Shown here: positions 37,023-54,210 of the stretch, piece by piece
How positions within the stretch are numbered: the first letter of the stretch is position 1
Layout of the letters: every line of letters begins with the position of its first letter
From: the human T2T-CHM13v2.0 reference genome, Homo sapiens
Length of the DNA stretch: 64,000 nt
NCBI RefSeq assembly: GCF_009914755.1
Contig: NC_060947.1
Strand: one strand, 5' to 3'
Notes under the pieces: model-generated
The model's database searches: none
What the model saw: only the letters and a program-made list of their open reading frames with translations
What the model was told of the DNA's origin: nothing
Program-made: the position numbers and the translations under genes

Positions 37023-37329
37023 TAATTCCATTCTTCTTCAAGGTATTACATGTAAGAAGTTGAAAGGTCACCTTGTTTGTGTATGGATTATTGGTGGCTG
37101 AACTGCCTCTGAAATTCCTCTGTCATTGAGAAGAGCAGGGGTAGGTGTTCTGAGGGTGTAGAGAGGTGAAAGGAACAACCCGTAGTGGAGTTAATCCCAG
37201 GACCGTAGGTGACCCAGGGTTGATAAAGTCATCTGTGAGAAGTAAATGATATAAACAGGGTCAGGTCAACCTGTACAGGACTATGAACTTAATACACTTT
37301 ACCTTAATAGACTGCTTCCTTGCTGTGAT

Positions 37330-38528
37330 GAGTTCATGAAGTAGAAAGGGTGTCACCAGCCCACAGCCTGCACAGGACCAGGACTTCAATGCACTTGACC
37401 TCTCATTCCCTGAGTGAGGAACCCATGAAATGAGGGGGAGTCTCACCAGCTCAGAACCTGCACAGGACTAGGACCTCAACACACTTGACCGTTCTTTCCC
37501 TGTGTGAGGAATATATGAAGTGAGGAGGAATCTCACCAGCCCAGAGCCTGCACAGGATGAGGACCTCAATACACTTGTCCACTCTTTCCGTGTGAGGAAT
37601 ATATGAAGTGACAAGGGTGTCTCCAGCCCAGAGCCTACACATGACTAGGACCTCAATACACTTGACTTCTCCCTCCTCATGTGAGGAATAGATGAAGTGA
37701 CGAGGGTCTCATCAGCCCACAACCTCCACAGGACCAGGACCTCAATACACTTGACTTCTCCTTCCCCATGTGAGGAATAGATGAAGTCACGAGGGTGTCA
37801 CCAGCCCACAGTCTGCACAGGATGAGGACCTCAATACACTTTAACACTCTTTCCCTGTGTGAGGAATATATGAAGTCACGAGGGTGTCATCAGCCCAGAG
37901 CCTGCACATGACTAGGACTTCAATACACTTGACTTCTCCTTCCCCATCTGGGGAATAGATGAAGTCATGAGGGTGTCACCACTCCAGAGCCTGCCCAGGA
38001 CCAGGACCTCAATACACTTGACCACTCTTTCCCTGTGTGAGGAATACATGAAGTGAGGAGGGTGTCACCACCCCAGAGCCTGCCCAGGACCAGGACCTCA
38101 ATACACTTGACCACTCTTTCCCTGTGTGAGGAATACATGAAGTGATGAGGGTGTCACCAGCACAGAACCTACACATGACTAGGACCTCAATACACTTGAC
38201 TTCTCCCTCCTCATGTGAGGAATAGATGAAGACACGAGGGTGTCACCAGCCCAGAGCCTGCACAGGACCAGGACCTCAATACACTTGGCCCCTCCTTCCC
38301 TGTGTGAGGAAGATATGAAGTGAGAGGTTCTCATTAGCCCAGAGCCTGCACCAGACAAGGACCTCAATATGCTTGGCCTCTCCTTCCTCATGTGAGGAAT
38401 ATATGAAATGAGAAAGGTCTCACCAGTCCAGAGCCTCCACAGGATCAGGACCTCAATACACTTGACCTGTCCTTCCCTGTGTGAGGAATAGATGAAGTGA
38501 AAATGGTCTCATCAGCCCAGAGCCTGCA
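37330..38528. repeat. ~90-bp VNTR, ~13 copies
   Basis: Unit tgtgaggaatatatgaagtgaggagggtgtcaccagcccagagcctgcacaggaccaggacctcaatacacttgac... Confidence 0.97.
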
Positions 38529-39330
38529 TTTTCATTCCACTCTTCCAATTTGGCCACAACACTGTAGAGGTGGACAGTCCCAGAGCCCCCCAAAATAGTC
38601 ACTGAAGCCAAAATATCAGGAAGAGAAGAACTAGCTGTCTTTTCTATGCCATATTTTATCAGTGCAGACAGCTTTGAGGCTGATGTTCAAAGAATCCAAA
38701 AAAGGTAAGCATTTAATTATTTGTCCTTAATTGTAATACTCATTAAGGATTCCACCTTTATCATTAGCATATCATAAGATATCTTTCTTATGCAGATGAA
38801 AGTTGTGGAGATTCACTCTCTAGACAGCATTTAGTGAGATTAGGGTACTCAACCTACATCCATATCAAGGTAGCAGAAACGCATCTGAGAAAATTTAACC
38901 ACTTATTTTGCCATGGTTCATGGAGATGACCTTAAGTGTGTCTGTCACCAAAAGGGACTTTGTAGGGTGAGAGTGATATAGTACATTGTCAAGGGAAGTT
39001 TGCTGATATCTAAGGCTGTTTTCTGGAATCTCCCTGTTGTGAGGAATCCATAAGGTGAGGAGGGCGTCATCAGCCCAGATCCTACACAGGACTAGGGACT
39101 CAATACACTTGACCTGTCCTCCTCTGCATGAGATCTGATGTCTCCATATCTTTTCCTGGTATGGCTCACAACCGAAACTTCACCTGAGTACAACAAAAAC
39201 CCAGCCATGTTTTGCTGGGGCCACATCACATCCTTTCCATGATGGATTCTTTGGCCCAGTTTCCAGGGAGTATTCTTGGGTTTATCATATGTAGATACAG
39301 TCCTTGTTACCTCGACCTTAAAGCATCTTT

Positions 39331-39971
<641 letters not shown>

Positions 39972-40416
39972 GCATCCAGGTGATCTTCCCTATGGGTCAT
40001 AGATGTCTTCACCCAGGGTGAATGTAGAACCGTGCACACCCAGACAATGCTGAGAACGAAGTGTGTAGGACTCAGATACAGATGATCTCAGGTAGAGGCT
40101 GCAGCTAGAAGCATTATTAAAAGTCCACATTAGCTTTCCCTCCCCTTCTCCCTGGGATGCTGCTACCCTCATTGAAGCTTCAGCCACCACATGCTCTCTA
40201 CCCAGACGGCAGCTTCCCAAAGTGCTCCTCAACTCCCATCCTTGACTTCTTCCAGTCATTCTCCACGTAGCAGCTAATATTCTTTGAAGTCAAATTACGT
40301 CATTCTCATGCCTCTGAGGTAGGAAGCAGGACATGACCGCAGAGGCAGGGCTAAGACACTGGACCAGGTTGAGGACTAGCTAAAGCAGGTCTAGGGCAGG
40401 AGCAGCTCTCCATTAG

Positions 40417-40762
40417 TGATGTGGTTTGGCTGTGTCCCTACCGAAATCTCATCTCGAATTGTAGCTCCCATAATTCCCATGTGTTGTGGAAGATAATTTC
40501 ATCATGGAGGCAGTTCCCCCATACTGTTCTTGTGGAAGTGAATAAGTCTCATGAGATCTGATGGTTTTAGAAGGGTAAATCTGTTTCATGTGGTTCTCAT
40601 TCTCTTCTTGCCTGCCGCCATGTAAGAAGTCCCTTGCTCTTGCGCGATGATCGTGAGGTTTCCCCAGCCAAGTGGAAGTGTGAGTCCATTAAACCTCTTT
40701 CCTGTATAAATTACGCAGTCTTGGATATGTCTTTATTGGCAGCATGAGAACAGACAAATACG
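40417..40762 (+). mobile_element. THE1 MaLR LTR
   Basis: tgatgtggtttggctgtgtcc...gtgaataagtctcatgagatctgatggtttt...gtccattaaacctcttt. Confidence 0.92.
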
Positions 40763-41077
40763 AAAGGACACACCCACCAGTACCATGTCATGCTACAAAT
40801 ACAATAAGACACACCCACCTGGTCCCATTTCCATGACAACACCCAGATGTTACTGCTTCTTTCCATGGCGATGACCCAATGACCCAGAAGGGGGCACATT
40901 TTTTTTCTAGAAATTACTGCAAAACCTGCCCCTTAATTTGCATGTAATTGGAAGCATTGATAAATATGATTGTGGAACTGCCTCTGAGCTGCTACTCTGG
41001 ACTCAGTGCCCATGGGTAAGCCTGCTCTGCAAAGACCAGCACCTCTGCTGCTGCTGTGAACTGCCACTTCATAACAG

Positions 41078-41693
41078 TTGGTGGGACTGTCAATTAGTTC
41101 AACCACCGTGGAAGACAGTGTGGCAATTCCTCAAGGATCTAGAACCAGAAATAGCATTTGACCCAGCAATCCCATGACTGGGTACACACCCAAAGGATTA
41201 TAAATCATTCCACTATAAACACGCATGCATGCGTATCTTTATTGCGGCACTGTTCACAATAGCAAAGACTTGGAACCAACCTAAATGCCCATCAATGATA
41301 GACTGGATGAAGAAAACGTGGCACATAGACACCATGGAATACTATGCGGCCATCAAAAAGAATGAGTTCATGTCCTTTACAGGGACATGGATGAAGCTGG
41401 AAACCATCATTCTCAGCAAACTAACATAGGAACAGAAACCAAACACTGCATGTTCTCACTCATAAGTGGGAGTTGAACAATGAGAACACATGGACACAGG
41501 GAAGGGAACATCACACACTGGGGCCTGTCAGGGGATGGGGGGTTAGGGGAGGGATATCATTAGAAGAAATACCTAATGTAGATCATGGGTTGGTGGGTGC
41601 AGCAAGCCACCATGTCATGTGTATACTTATGTAACAAAACTGCACTTTCTGCCCATGTACCCCAGAACTTAAAGTATAATAATAATAAAAAAA
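41078..41693 (+). mobile_element. L1PA (L1PA7/8-like) 5'-truncated 3' end
   Basis: ORF 41229..41429 (FIAALFTIAKTWNQPKCPSMIDW); polyA; agttggtg repeated at both ends. Confidence 0.95.
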
Positions 41694-42034
41694 AGTTGGT
41701 GTCTAACACCACCAGCTCACTCTTGAGTTATTTTCTAGATGAGACCAAAAACCCTTCCAGGCTAAGCCCCAATTTGGGGCTCACCTGCCCAGTGCCACCT
41801 CCAACCTTCACCTTCAATTTCTTCTGTTTCTTCCCTGGGACATGGAATAAATCCACCCTGGACTTTGAGCCCCAGATATGGGGATGTAGCAAACTTCTCA
41901 GGCTCCCACCCACAGTGTGCCCACTCTGCAGCTCCTTTTTCCATGTCCCTAACACTCTTAGCTCTTTCCAGCCTCCAGGTGCTGGACGTGGTGGGTGCCT
42001 CTCCCTGTAGTTCCCTCTCCAGCTCATATGTGGC

Positions 42035-42505
42035 TCTTTCTCTCTCTTCTTCTTCTTCTTCTTCTCCTCCTTCTCCTTCTCCTCCTCCTCCTCCTCTTCC
42101 TCCTTTTCCTCCTTCTCCTCGTCCTTCCCTCCTCCTCCTTCTCCTCCTTCTCCTCCTCCTCCTCTTCTTTCTCCTCCTCTTCCTTCTCCTCCTCCTTCTC
42201 CTCGTCCTTCTCCTTCTCCTCCTCCTTCTCCTTCTCCTCGTCCTTCCCTCCTCCTCCTCCTCTTCTTTCTCCTCCTCTTCCTTCTCCTCATCCTTCTCCT
42301 CCTCCTCTTCTTTCTCCTCCTCTTCCTTCTCCTCATCCTTCTCCTCCTCCTCCTTCTCCTCCTCCTCATCCTTCTCCTCCTCCTTCTCATCCTTCTCCTC
42401 CTCCTCGTCCTTCTCCTTCTCCTCCTTCTCCTCCTCCTCCCACTCCTCCTCCTCCTTCTCCCCGTACTTCTCCTTCTCCTCCTCCTTTTCCTTCTCCTCC
42501 TTCTT
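42035..42505. repeat. (CCT/TCT)n polypyrimidine tract
   Basis: Seen directly; source of the E/K/R/S-rich ORFs. Confidence 0.95.
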
Positions 42506-42556
42506 GTTTTTTTGTTCTTCTTCCTCTCTCCACCCCACCCCTCATCCTTCCACAGT

Positions 42557-43600
42557 CTGGGGAGCTTAAACAACAAATATTTATATTCTCTGTTCTGGAG
42601 ATCAGAAGTTTGAGATGAAGGTGTCTCAGGATTGCACTTCCTCTGCAGGCTTTAGGGGAGGATCCTTCCTGCCACTCCCAGCTCCTGGGGGTCCAGGCGT
42701 CCCTGGGCTTGTGGCCTCATCACTCCAGTCTCTGCCTCCATCTCCACGTGACCTTCTCCTCTGTGTCTGTGTCTCCTCTTCTGTCTCTTAGAAGGACACC
42801 TGTCATTGCATTTAGGGCCCAGCCTAATCCAGGATAACCTCATCTCAAACTCCTTCAGTTCATTGTATCTGCAAAGACCCTATTTTCAAATAAGTTCTCG
42901 TTCACAGATACTGGGAGCTTAAAACTACAGAAATTTATTCTCTCTCTGTCCTGGAGACCAGGAGTCTGAGATGAAGATATCTCAGGGCCGTGCTCCCTCC
43001 ACAGTCTCTAGGGGAGGGTCCTTCCTGCCTCTCCCAGCTCCTGGGTGCTTCAGGCATCCCTGGGCTTGTGGCCGCCTCACTCCAGTCTCTGCCTCCGTCT
43101 CCACGTGGCCTTCTCCTCTGTGTCTGTGTCTCCTCTTCTGTCTCTTAGAAGGACATTTACTATTGCATTTAGGGCCCATCCTAATCCAGGATTATCTCAT
43201 CTCCAGATCCTTAATTACATCTACAAATAACCTTTTTCCAAATGAGGTCCCATTCCCAGGTTCCTGGGCTTAGGACATGGACATATCTTTTGGACGTCAC
43301 CACCCAACCCATTGCAGTTGTGTTTTGTTCCTCCTGGAGGCTCTAGGGGAGGGTCCTTCCTGCCTCTCCCAGCTCCTGGGGGCTCCAGGCATCCCTGGGC
43401 TTGAGGCCCCATCACTCCAGTCTCTGCCTCTGTCTCCACGTGGCCTTCTCCTCTGTGTCTGTGTCTCCTCTTCTGTCTCTTAGAAGGACACCTGTCATTG
43501 CATTTAGGATCCACCCTAATCCAGAATGATGTCATTCTAACTTAACTGCATTGGTAAAGACTGTCTTTCCAAATAAGACGACGTTGCCTAGTTGTAGGGC
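42557..43600 (-). repeat. Tandem ~355-bp MLT1-derived units (STIR-like), 2 full plus 1 partial
   Basis: ccttctcctctgtgtctgtgtctcctcttctgtctcttagaaggaca recurs at ~42752, ~43109 and ~43444. Confidence 0.85.
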
Positions 43601-44565
43601 TTTGGAGTTCAACATTTTTTTTTTTTTTTTGGAGAGCCCCCTATTCAACCTATAACATTAAATATTATATATTATTCCCCTCTTCAACCCATAACATCAT
43701 ATATTATATATTATAAATGGTTCTTCTTTCTACATTATCAACATATCATTATCTATTTATATTTTATAAGTGCTTTAGAAAGAAAGAAAATGAATGGGGT
43801 TATATGATGAATGAGTCAGCTGTGTTCATCCCTCCTGATGGAAAATGAAGGTGGCCAAAATGCTAAATTGAGAATTCATTTGTCCCCTAAAGATATAGCC
43901 TTAGTAAGCCAGCATGAGGCCATTTTCTTGTCTTCCTTTTCCGTTCATACGATGATCTATATTCTATTCTCCTTATACACTAACTCTGTGTGATCTTTGC
44001 CTAGATAAACTTTCATCAAACGACTAATGAACAGAAAGTTTAAAAAATAGATTAATCACCAAATAATTGCGTTCGGAGTGTGTCCAAGTATAGAAAAATC
44101 AGGGCATTCGCAGATAAGAACAGATTTCAATATTTATGAAGTACTTTTTCTATAATTAAGAAGAATTCTGCAAAAGATTTTTATTGTCATTATTCTTTTG
44201 AATCTTAATCCATAAATGGTTATCAAATCATTAAAAGAAAAATGTATAACCCCAACATGAATTATCTTTCCTTTGATGAGCCTGGCAGAATATCAGTCGT
44301 TTTAGGTGTTTGGATCACTTTTGAGGATACATAAATGGCATTAGAAGTTTTCAGTCTAATTATAAGTCTGAAAACAGGGGCAGAAAAGAAGAGACACAAA
44401 CAAAAGAGGAAGACAAAAAGTGGAGTGAGAGACATTGTGACATCCAGATGATGGAGGGGAATGAGGCATTTGTGCATTATTACCTTGGAAGTTCTCTAAA
44501 GATGGAATATATTCTGTCATCGTGTAAGCCAAAAATGAAATCTTAAGGGTTTGAACCCATTGAAC

Positions 44566-44856
<291 letters not shown>

Positions 44857-44910
44857 TGAACTGACCCTCTCTTAACCAAGGGGACTCCAGAGAAAAACTA
44901 GATTCCTGGC

Positions 44911-46083
<1,173 letters not shown>

Positions 46084-46330
46084 CTGGCCATGATGAAAAT
46101 GGAGATCAGATAGCACTTGTTATAACTGGCACCCTTGGAGTTTAGGCCCAGCTGACCATTAATGTTGAAAAAAGGTAAATAAAGGTTAAAAAAGGGGGTC
46201 ATAAGACACAAGAACATACTCTTGGCAGCAATAAGATACCAAATTCCTGCCTGACTCTGGTGTACCCTTATGTGACACAGAGCAGGACCTGGAGGAAATC
46301 TAAATATTTTACCCTAAAATGTATTTTTTT

Positions 46331-46497
46331 GGCCGTGTGCAGTGGCTCACGGCTGTAATCCCAGCACTTTGGGAGGCTGAGGTGGGTGGGTCACAGGGTC
46401 AGGAGTTTGAGACCAGCCTGACCAACATGGTGAAACTCCGTGTCTACTAAAAATACAAAAATTAGCCAGGTGTGGTGGCAGGCACCTGTCATGCCAG
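46331..46497 (+). mobile_element. Partial Alu (left arm plus start of right arm)
   Basis: Alu consensus match. Confidence 0.9.
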
Positions 46498-46683
46498 GTG
46501 GGTTTTACTCAGTCACCATTAATAAGACAAACCAACACAGGGAGGGGTCCATTGTGAAGCTGTAACTCAATTTTATAAACAAAATAATAAAAATAATACA
46601 AAAACATGAGACATTTGCTGCTGGAGAGAGGAAGAGAGAAAGAAAGGGGCAGACAGAAGACACACAAAATAAAAAACTTTGGA

Positions 46684-47118
<435 letters not shown>

Positions 47119-47138
47119 ACAAAATATTTTTTAAAATG

Positions 47139-48012
<874 letters not shown>

Positions 48013-48079
48013 GAGAAAGAAGAAGGAAAGAAAAAAAGAAAGAAAGAAAGAAGGAAAAAAAGAAAGAAAGAAAGAAGGA

Positions 48080-48127
<48 letters not shown>

Positions 48128-48235
48128 GAAAGAAAGAAAAGAGAAAGAAAGAAAAGGAAGGAAGGAGAGAAAGAAGAGAAAGAAAAGAAACAAAGAAGAA
48201 AGGAGAAAAGAAAAAAGGAATTATGGAAAAGAAAG
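48013..48235. repeat. (GAAA)n purine tract
   Basis: Seen directly. Confidence 0.95.
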
Positions 48236-48699
48236 CAGGGGGAGACGTTGGGAAGACAGCCAGAAAGGGCCCTGTCCTTTCCCCGGGCCCTGGCTGATCG
48301 TGTAATGGCAAATTGATATAGGGCTGCAGCCCTGTCCTTCATGGAAAGTGACTGAGAGATCTGTCAGGACCCGTGTGCGCATTTTGATCTGCAGAAAGAT
48401 TGAATTAGGCAGGGGATTAGAGTGGGGAACATTGCGATGCTTGCCGTTGTGAAAACAAATGTCAGGTAGGCGTTCATTAGGCGGGCTGGGAGCAAGCCAG
48501 CTCTGTAGAAAGCACATTTATAGCCCACGAGGACACAGCATTTGACCTTGTCCCGTTGGAAGAAGCGGGGAGGGGGGTGGCGGATCCCAGGAGTTGATTT
48601 GTACGGCAGTGGCAATGAGTGGGTTGGGGGCTATTTGTTGAACGTCTCTGTGGGCTGTGGGCTTCTGTCTGCAGGGTTCTTTTGTTCCTGGTGTGTGTG

Positions 48700-49930
48700 C
48701 CATCTCATGCGTGCATATGAACATACATGAATGCACACACACACGTACACACAGTGTGGTTACACATGCGTGCCTGGGAGGTGGCATATGCAGATTTTGT
48801 CTTTGCTAGATTGTTACTCCAGCCATGCACAAGCTTTCACATGTGTGCAGTCATGCAAACATGCACACACATGCACACACACACATGCACACACAGTGTG
48901 GATACACATGCATGCCTGGGAGAAGGCATACGCAGATTTCTTCTTTGCTAGCTTCTTGCTGTGGCCATGCACAAACTCTCACATGTGTGCACTCATACAA
49001 ACATGCACATACATGCATGCACACACAGTGTGCATACACATGCATGCCTGGGAGGAGGCATATGCAGATTTATTCTTTGCTAGCTTCTTGCAGTGGCCAT
49101 GCACAAACTCTCACGTGTGTGTGCATTCATGCACACATGCACACTCACACACATATGCACACATGTGCATGCAAAGTGTGATTACACATGCAGTCTTAGG
49201 AAGAGGCATATACAGATTTCTTGTCTGCTAGATTCTTGCTCCAGGCATGCACAAGCTCTCACAAGTGTGCAGTCATGCAAACATACACACACACACATGC
49301 ACACACAGTGTGCATACACATGCATGCCTGAGAGGAGGCATATGCAGATTTTTCTTTGCTAGATTCTTGCTGTGGCCATGCACAAGCTCTCACGTGTGTG
49401 TGCACTCATGCACACATGCGCACACACACACATCCACACACGTGCATGCACGCACAGTGTGGTTACATATGTGTGCCTGGGAGGTGGCATATGCAGATTT
49501 TGTCTTTGCTAGATTGTTACTCCAGCCATGCACAAGCTTTCACATGTGTGCAGTCATGCAAACATGCATATACATGCATGCACACACATGCACACACAGT
49601 GTGGATACACATGCGTGCCTGGGAGAAGGCATATGCAGATTTATTCTTTGCTAGCTTCTTGCTGTGGCCATGCAGAAGCACTCATGTCTATGTGCACACA
49701 TGTACACGCACACACATCCACACATGTGCATGCACACACAGTGTGGTTAAACTTTTATGCCTGGGAGTTGGCACAGGCTAATTTTCTCTTTGCTAGATTC
49801 TTGCTCTGGCCACGCACAAGCTCTCACGTGTCTGTGCAGTCATGCAAACACACACACACGCAGTGCACAAGCTCTCACATGTGTGTGCAGCCATGCAAAC
49901 ACACACACACACATGCAGTGTGTATATGCA
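48700..49930. repeat. CA/TG-rich minisatellite, ~130-150 bp units
   Basis: cacagtgtgg.tacacatgc.tgcctgggag..ggcatatgcagattt..tctttgctag recurs ~8 times. Confidence 0.92.
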
Positions 49931-50117
49931 CGACTGGCTGGGAAGAAATCCAGGTGAAATGCCTCTTTGCTTTGTGGTTCCCCTAAGCTCCATCTTGACC
50001 AGACACCTGACCTCAGTCAAATCCAGGAAAACTGTAAATCGGGTCAATTCTCAAGGGGGATCTTGTTTTTATCCAACTGACAACTACCAGATATGTATTT
50101 ACTTGTTTGCAAGCGTG

Positions 50118-50850
50118 TTTTAATTTATTTATTTATTTATTTTTGAGACACAGTTTCATTCTATCTCTGCAGTGCCGTGGCATGATCTCAGCTCACTGCA
50201 GTCTCTGCCTCCCAGGTTCAAGCAATTCTCCTGCCTCAGCCTCTGGAGTAGCTGAGATGACAAGCGTGCACCACCACGCCCAGCTAATTTTTGTATTTTT
50301 GGTAGAGACTGGGCTGGTCTTGATCTCCTGACCTCAGGTGATCCACCTGCCTCGGCCTCCCAAAGTGCTGGGATTACAGGCATGAGCCACTGTGCCCGAT
50401 CTATTTTGAAATTTTTATAGATTTTAGGGGTTTAAGTGCAATTTTGTTGCATGTGTAGATTGCAGAATGGTGAACTCAGAGATTTTAGTGTATCCATCAC
50501 CCAAACAGTGTATATTGTACCCATTAAATAACTTCTCATCCGTCTGCTTCAGCCTCCCGAGTAGCAGGGATTACAAGTGTGTGCCAGCAAGCCCGTCTAC
50601 TTTTTGTATTTTTTTTAAGAAGAAACAGGGTTTCACCATGTTGGCCAGGCTGGTCTCGGTCTCGAACGCCTGACCTCAGGTGATCTGCCCGCCTCGGCCT
50701 CCCAAAGTGCTGGGACGACAGGCATGAGCCCCCGTGCCCTGCTGCAGGTGTCTTTTTGATAGAATGACTTCTTTTCCTTTGGATAGATAACCAGGAGTGG
50801 AATTGTTCCATGGAAGGGTCGTTCTGTTTTCGGTTCTTTGAGAAATTTCC
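50118..50850 (-). mobile_element. Alu (50118-50398), L1 3' fragments (50405-50540, 50745-50850) and partial Alu (50543-50742)
   Basis: Alu consensus; L1 ORF2 remnant [20 protein letters not shown] in ORF 50633..50947. Confidence 0.85.
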
Positions 50851-51329
50851 AGGTGTGTAAAACAAAAACCTCTGCTATTGCTTCCAGCCTGAGGTTTGGA
50901 ATGTTTGGGGTGGGCAGGGGGAGAACAATGGTGGAGAGAGGCCTCACATTGGCCCCAGCCAGCCTGAGGATATCCTACTGCACCTGCCAGGGGCCCTGTG
51001 GGACCTCCCTGCTGCTAACAAGCATGCCTCATTTACCATGCAAATGTTCCTTGGGGAGTCAGGCCTATCCATCACTCACCCTTCTTCCAGGACCTACCCC
51101 TCCCTTCCCTCCCCTCCCCCCACAATGGTCTCCAGTCACAGGAGGTCTTAACACACATCAGCTGTGCTGGGCTGGCAGTGCGGATGTCAGTTTGGTGGGG
51201 CCCAAAGTGAAGTGTATCTTAAGGGTTTTCTTTAAGGAAAACAACAACAACAAGAAAACGTGAAATCTCTCACAAGATCCATTCTGGTACATTGGACATT
51301 GCTGCTCTGTGGGGTCCTGAACTGGTTCA

Positions 51330-51572
51330 TGGAGGAGGGAGGAAAGAAGGAAGGAAGGAAGGAAGGAAGGAAGGAAGGAAGGAAGGAAGGAAGAAAGGAG
51401 AGAGGGAAAAGATAAAAGGGAGGGAGGGAGGAAGAGAGGAAGAAAGGGAGGAAAAGAAGGAAGGAGGACAGGAGGAGGGACAAGTAAGAAAGGAAAGAAA
51501 GGAGGAAAAGAAGAAAGAAGAAAGGAGGGAGAGAAGGACAGAAAGAGGGCGAGAGAGAAAGAAAGAAAAAAA
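51330..51572. repeat. (GGAA)n/purine tract
   Basis: Seen directly. Confidence 0.92.
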
Positions 51573-51574
51573 CA

Positions 51575-51887
51575 CTATCTATCCTATGAATGTATGATGT
51601 ATTAATCATCTCCCTGTCATCTACTTGTCATACATCTACCTATCTCATTTATCTATCATCAATCATCTACATATCTGTCTTATCTATCTATTCATCTTAT
51701 CTATGTATCTATTACCATCATGTATCTATATATCTATCTACCTAAGTATGTATCTGTTACCATCATCTATTTATCTATCTATCTATCTACCTATCTATGT
51801 ATCTATTACCATCATCTATCTATCTATCTATCTATCTTCTATCTACCTTCTATCTACCTATGTATGTATCTATTACCATCATCTATC

Positions 51888-51925
<38 letters not shown>

Positions 51926-52021
51926 TACCATCATCTATCTATCTATCTATCTATCTTCTATCTATCTTCTATCTACCTTCTATCTACCTATGTATGTATC
52001 TATTACCATCATCTATCTATC

Positions 52022-52063
<42 letters not shown>

Positions 52064-52156
52064 TACCATCATCTATCTATTTGTCTATCTATCTATCTAC
52101 CTACCTATCATCTTCTATCTACCTAAGTATGTATCTATTACCATCATCTGTCTATC

Positions 52157-52195
<39 letters not shown>

Positions 52196-52259
52196 ATCTA
52201 TCTACCTAAGTATCTATTACCATCACCTATCTTCTATCTATCTATGTATCTCTCTATCT

Positions 52260-52296
<37 letters not shown>

Positions 52297-52370
52297 AAGT
52301 ATCACCATCATCTATGTATCTCTCATCTATTTTATCTATACATCTATCTATCATCTATCATCCATCTATA
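51575..52370. repeat. (TATC)n composite repeat with ctacctaagtatgtatctattaccatc spacers
   Basis: Seen directly. Confidence 0.95.
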
Positions 52371-53210
52371 TGTCTCTTTTGTATTATGGCACAATACACA
52401 TAACATAAGATTTACCTTTTAACAACTTTAAAATGCAAAGTTCAGTGCCACGAAGTCCATTCCCAATGTTGGGCCACCATCACCACTGTCTCATTTCAAA
52501 ACATTGTCATCAGATTGCACTGAATGGAGACACCAAGTGATGCCTGCTTAGTCAGAGAGCAGACGTTTGCTCAGCAAGGGGCTGCGACCAGGAGAATGGC
52601 GGACAGAGCATGGCCGAGAAGGCTGTCTTCAGCCTCCAGCCCCAGCCCGTCTCTGCCATCTGCATCCCTGAACTATTGGAAGAGGGGTTGACTGATGGTT
52701 GGCTGCCTGTCATCTCTCCTCTTTGATCACAGCCCTGCTTCTTGTTCAATCTCCCCCTCTCCCCCACCCCCTGCCAACCATCCAGCCACTGCTCTCTCTC
52801 TCTCTCTCTCTCTGATCCCCACGGTGGATGGAAGACCCCACCCCGCATTTCCAAACACACAGAATATAGTCTCACTCTTCAAAGCAACGACGAATCTCTA
52901 TGACTATTTCAAAATCATCAGGAGAGGGAATCTGGGTGAGGTTGACTCAGGGATCTGGGATCACAGGGCGGGGGTCAGACGAAGCCGGCTTCTGTAGGTG
53001 AGGAGGGACGGAGAGCTGACAGAGGCCCTGGGGGCCACACAGCGTGAAGTTTCCATTGCAGGAGTGATGACCGCACCAAGAACCTTTCACAGCACGGGTC
53101 AACCCAAGGCCATCTCAGAGACGCTTGAATATGCAGCGAGGTTGAGAGCTGTTTCAGGGCAATGTTCAGATGCAAATCTTCTGCTTCGTTCATAAAATAG
53201 AATGAACTAA

Positions 53211-53950
<740 letters not shown>

Positions 53951-54210
53951 GATGGCTTTGCTATTCCTATCTGTGCCTGAATAAGCCGCCTCTTTGAGGT
54001 CTTCAATGAATGGTTGTTGAATGAAGGAGTGAGTACGTGGCTTGTTCGGCACATTTCAGCCAAGGATGTTCCACGAAGTGTCAACCATTCTTTCAACAAT
54101 CCATTCATGATCGAGTGAATAAGATGAAATGACATCATGGAATCCATAAGATGAAAAAGCTCAAGAGGAAATAATGAAAGCACAATCATTGTCAGGAAAA
54201 CAAGGGCATT

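Larger units (their letters stand above)
40315..41795 (+). mobile_element. ERV1-class solo LTR (MER66-like) split by THE1 and L1PA
   Basis: tgaggtaggaagcaggac...gaggactagctaaa; ccccttaatttgcatg; resumes with tgtctaacaccaccagctc...ggctaagccccaattt at ~41700. Confidence 0.65.

Noticed and set aside
41728-42618. Arg-rich, Glu-rich and Ser-rich ORFs (protamine- or prothymosin-like)
   Set aside because: Low-complexity (CCT)n tract open in several frames
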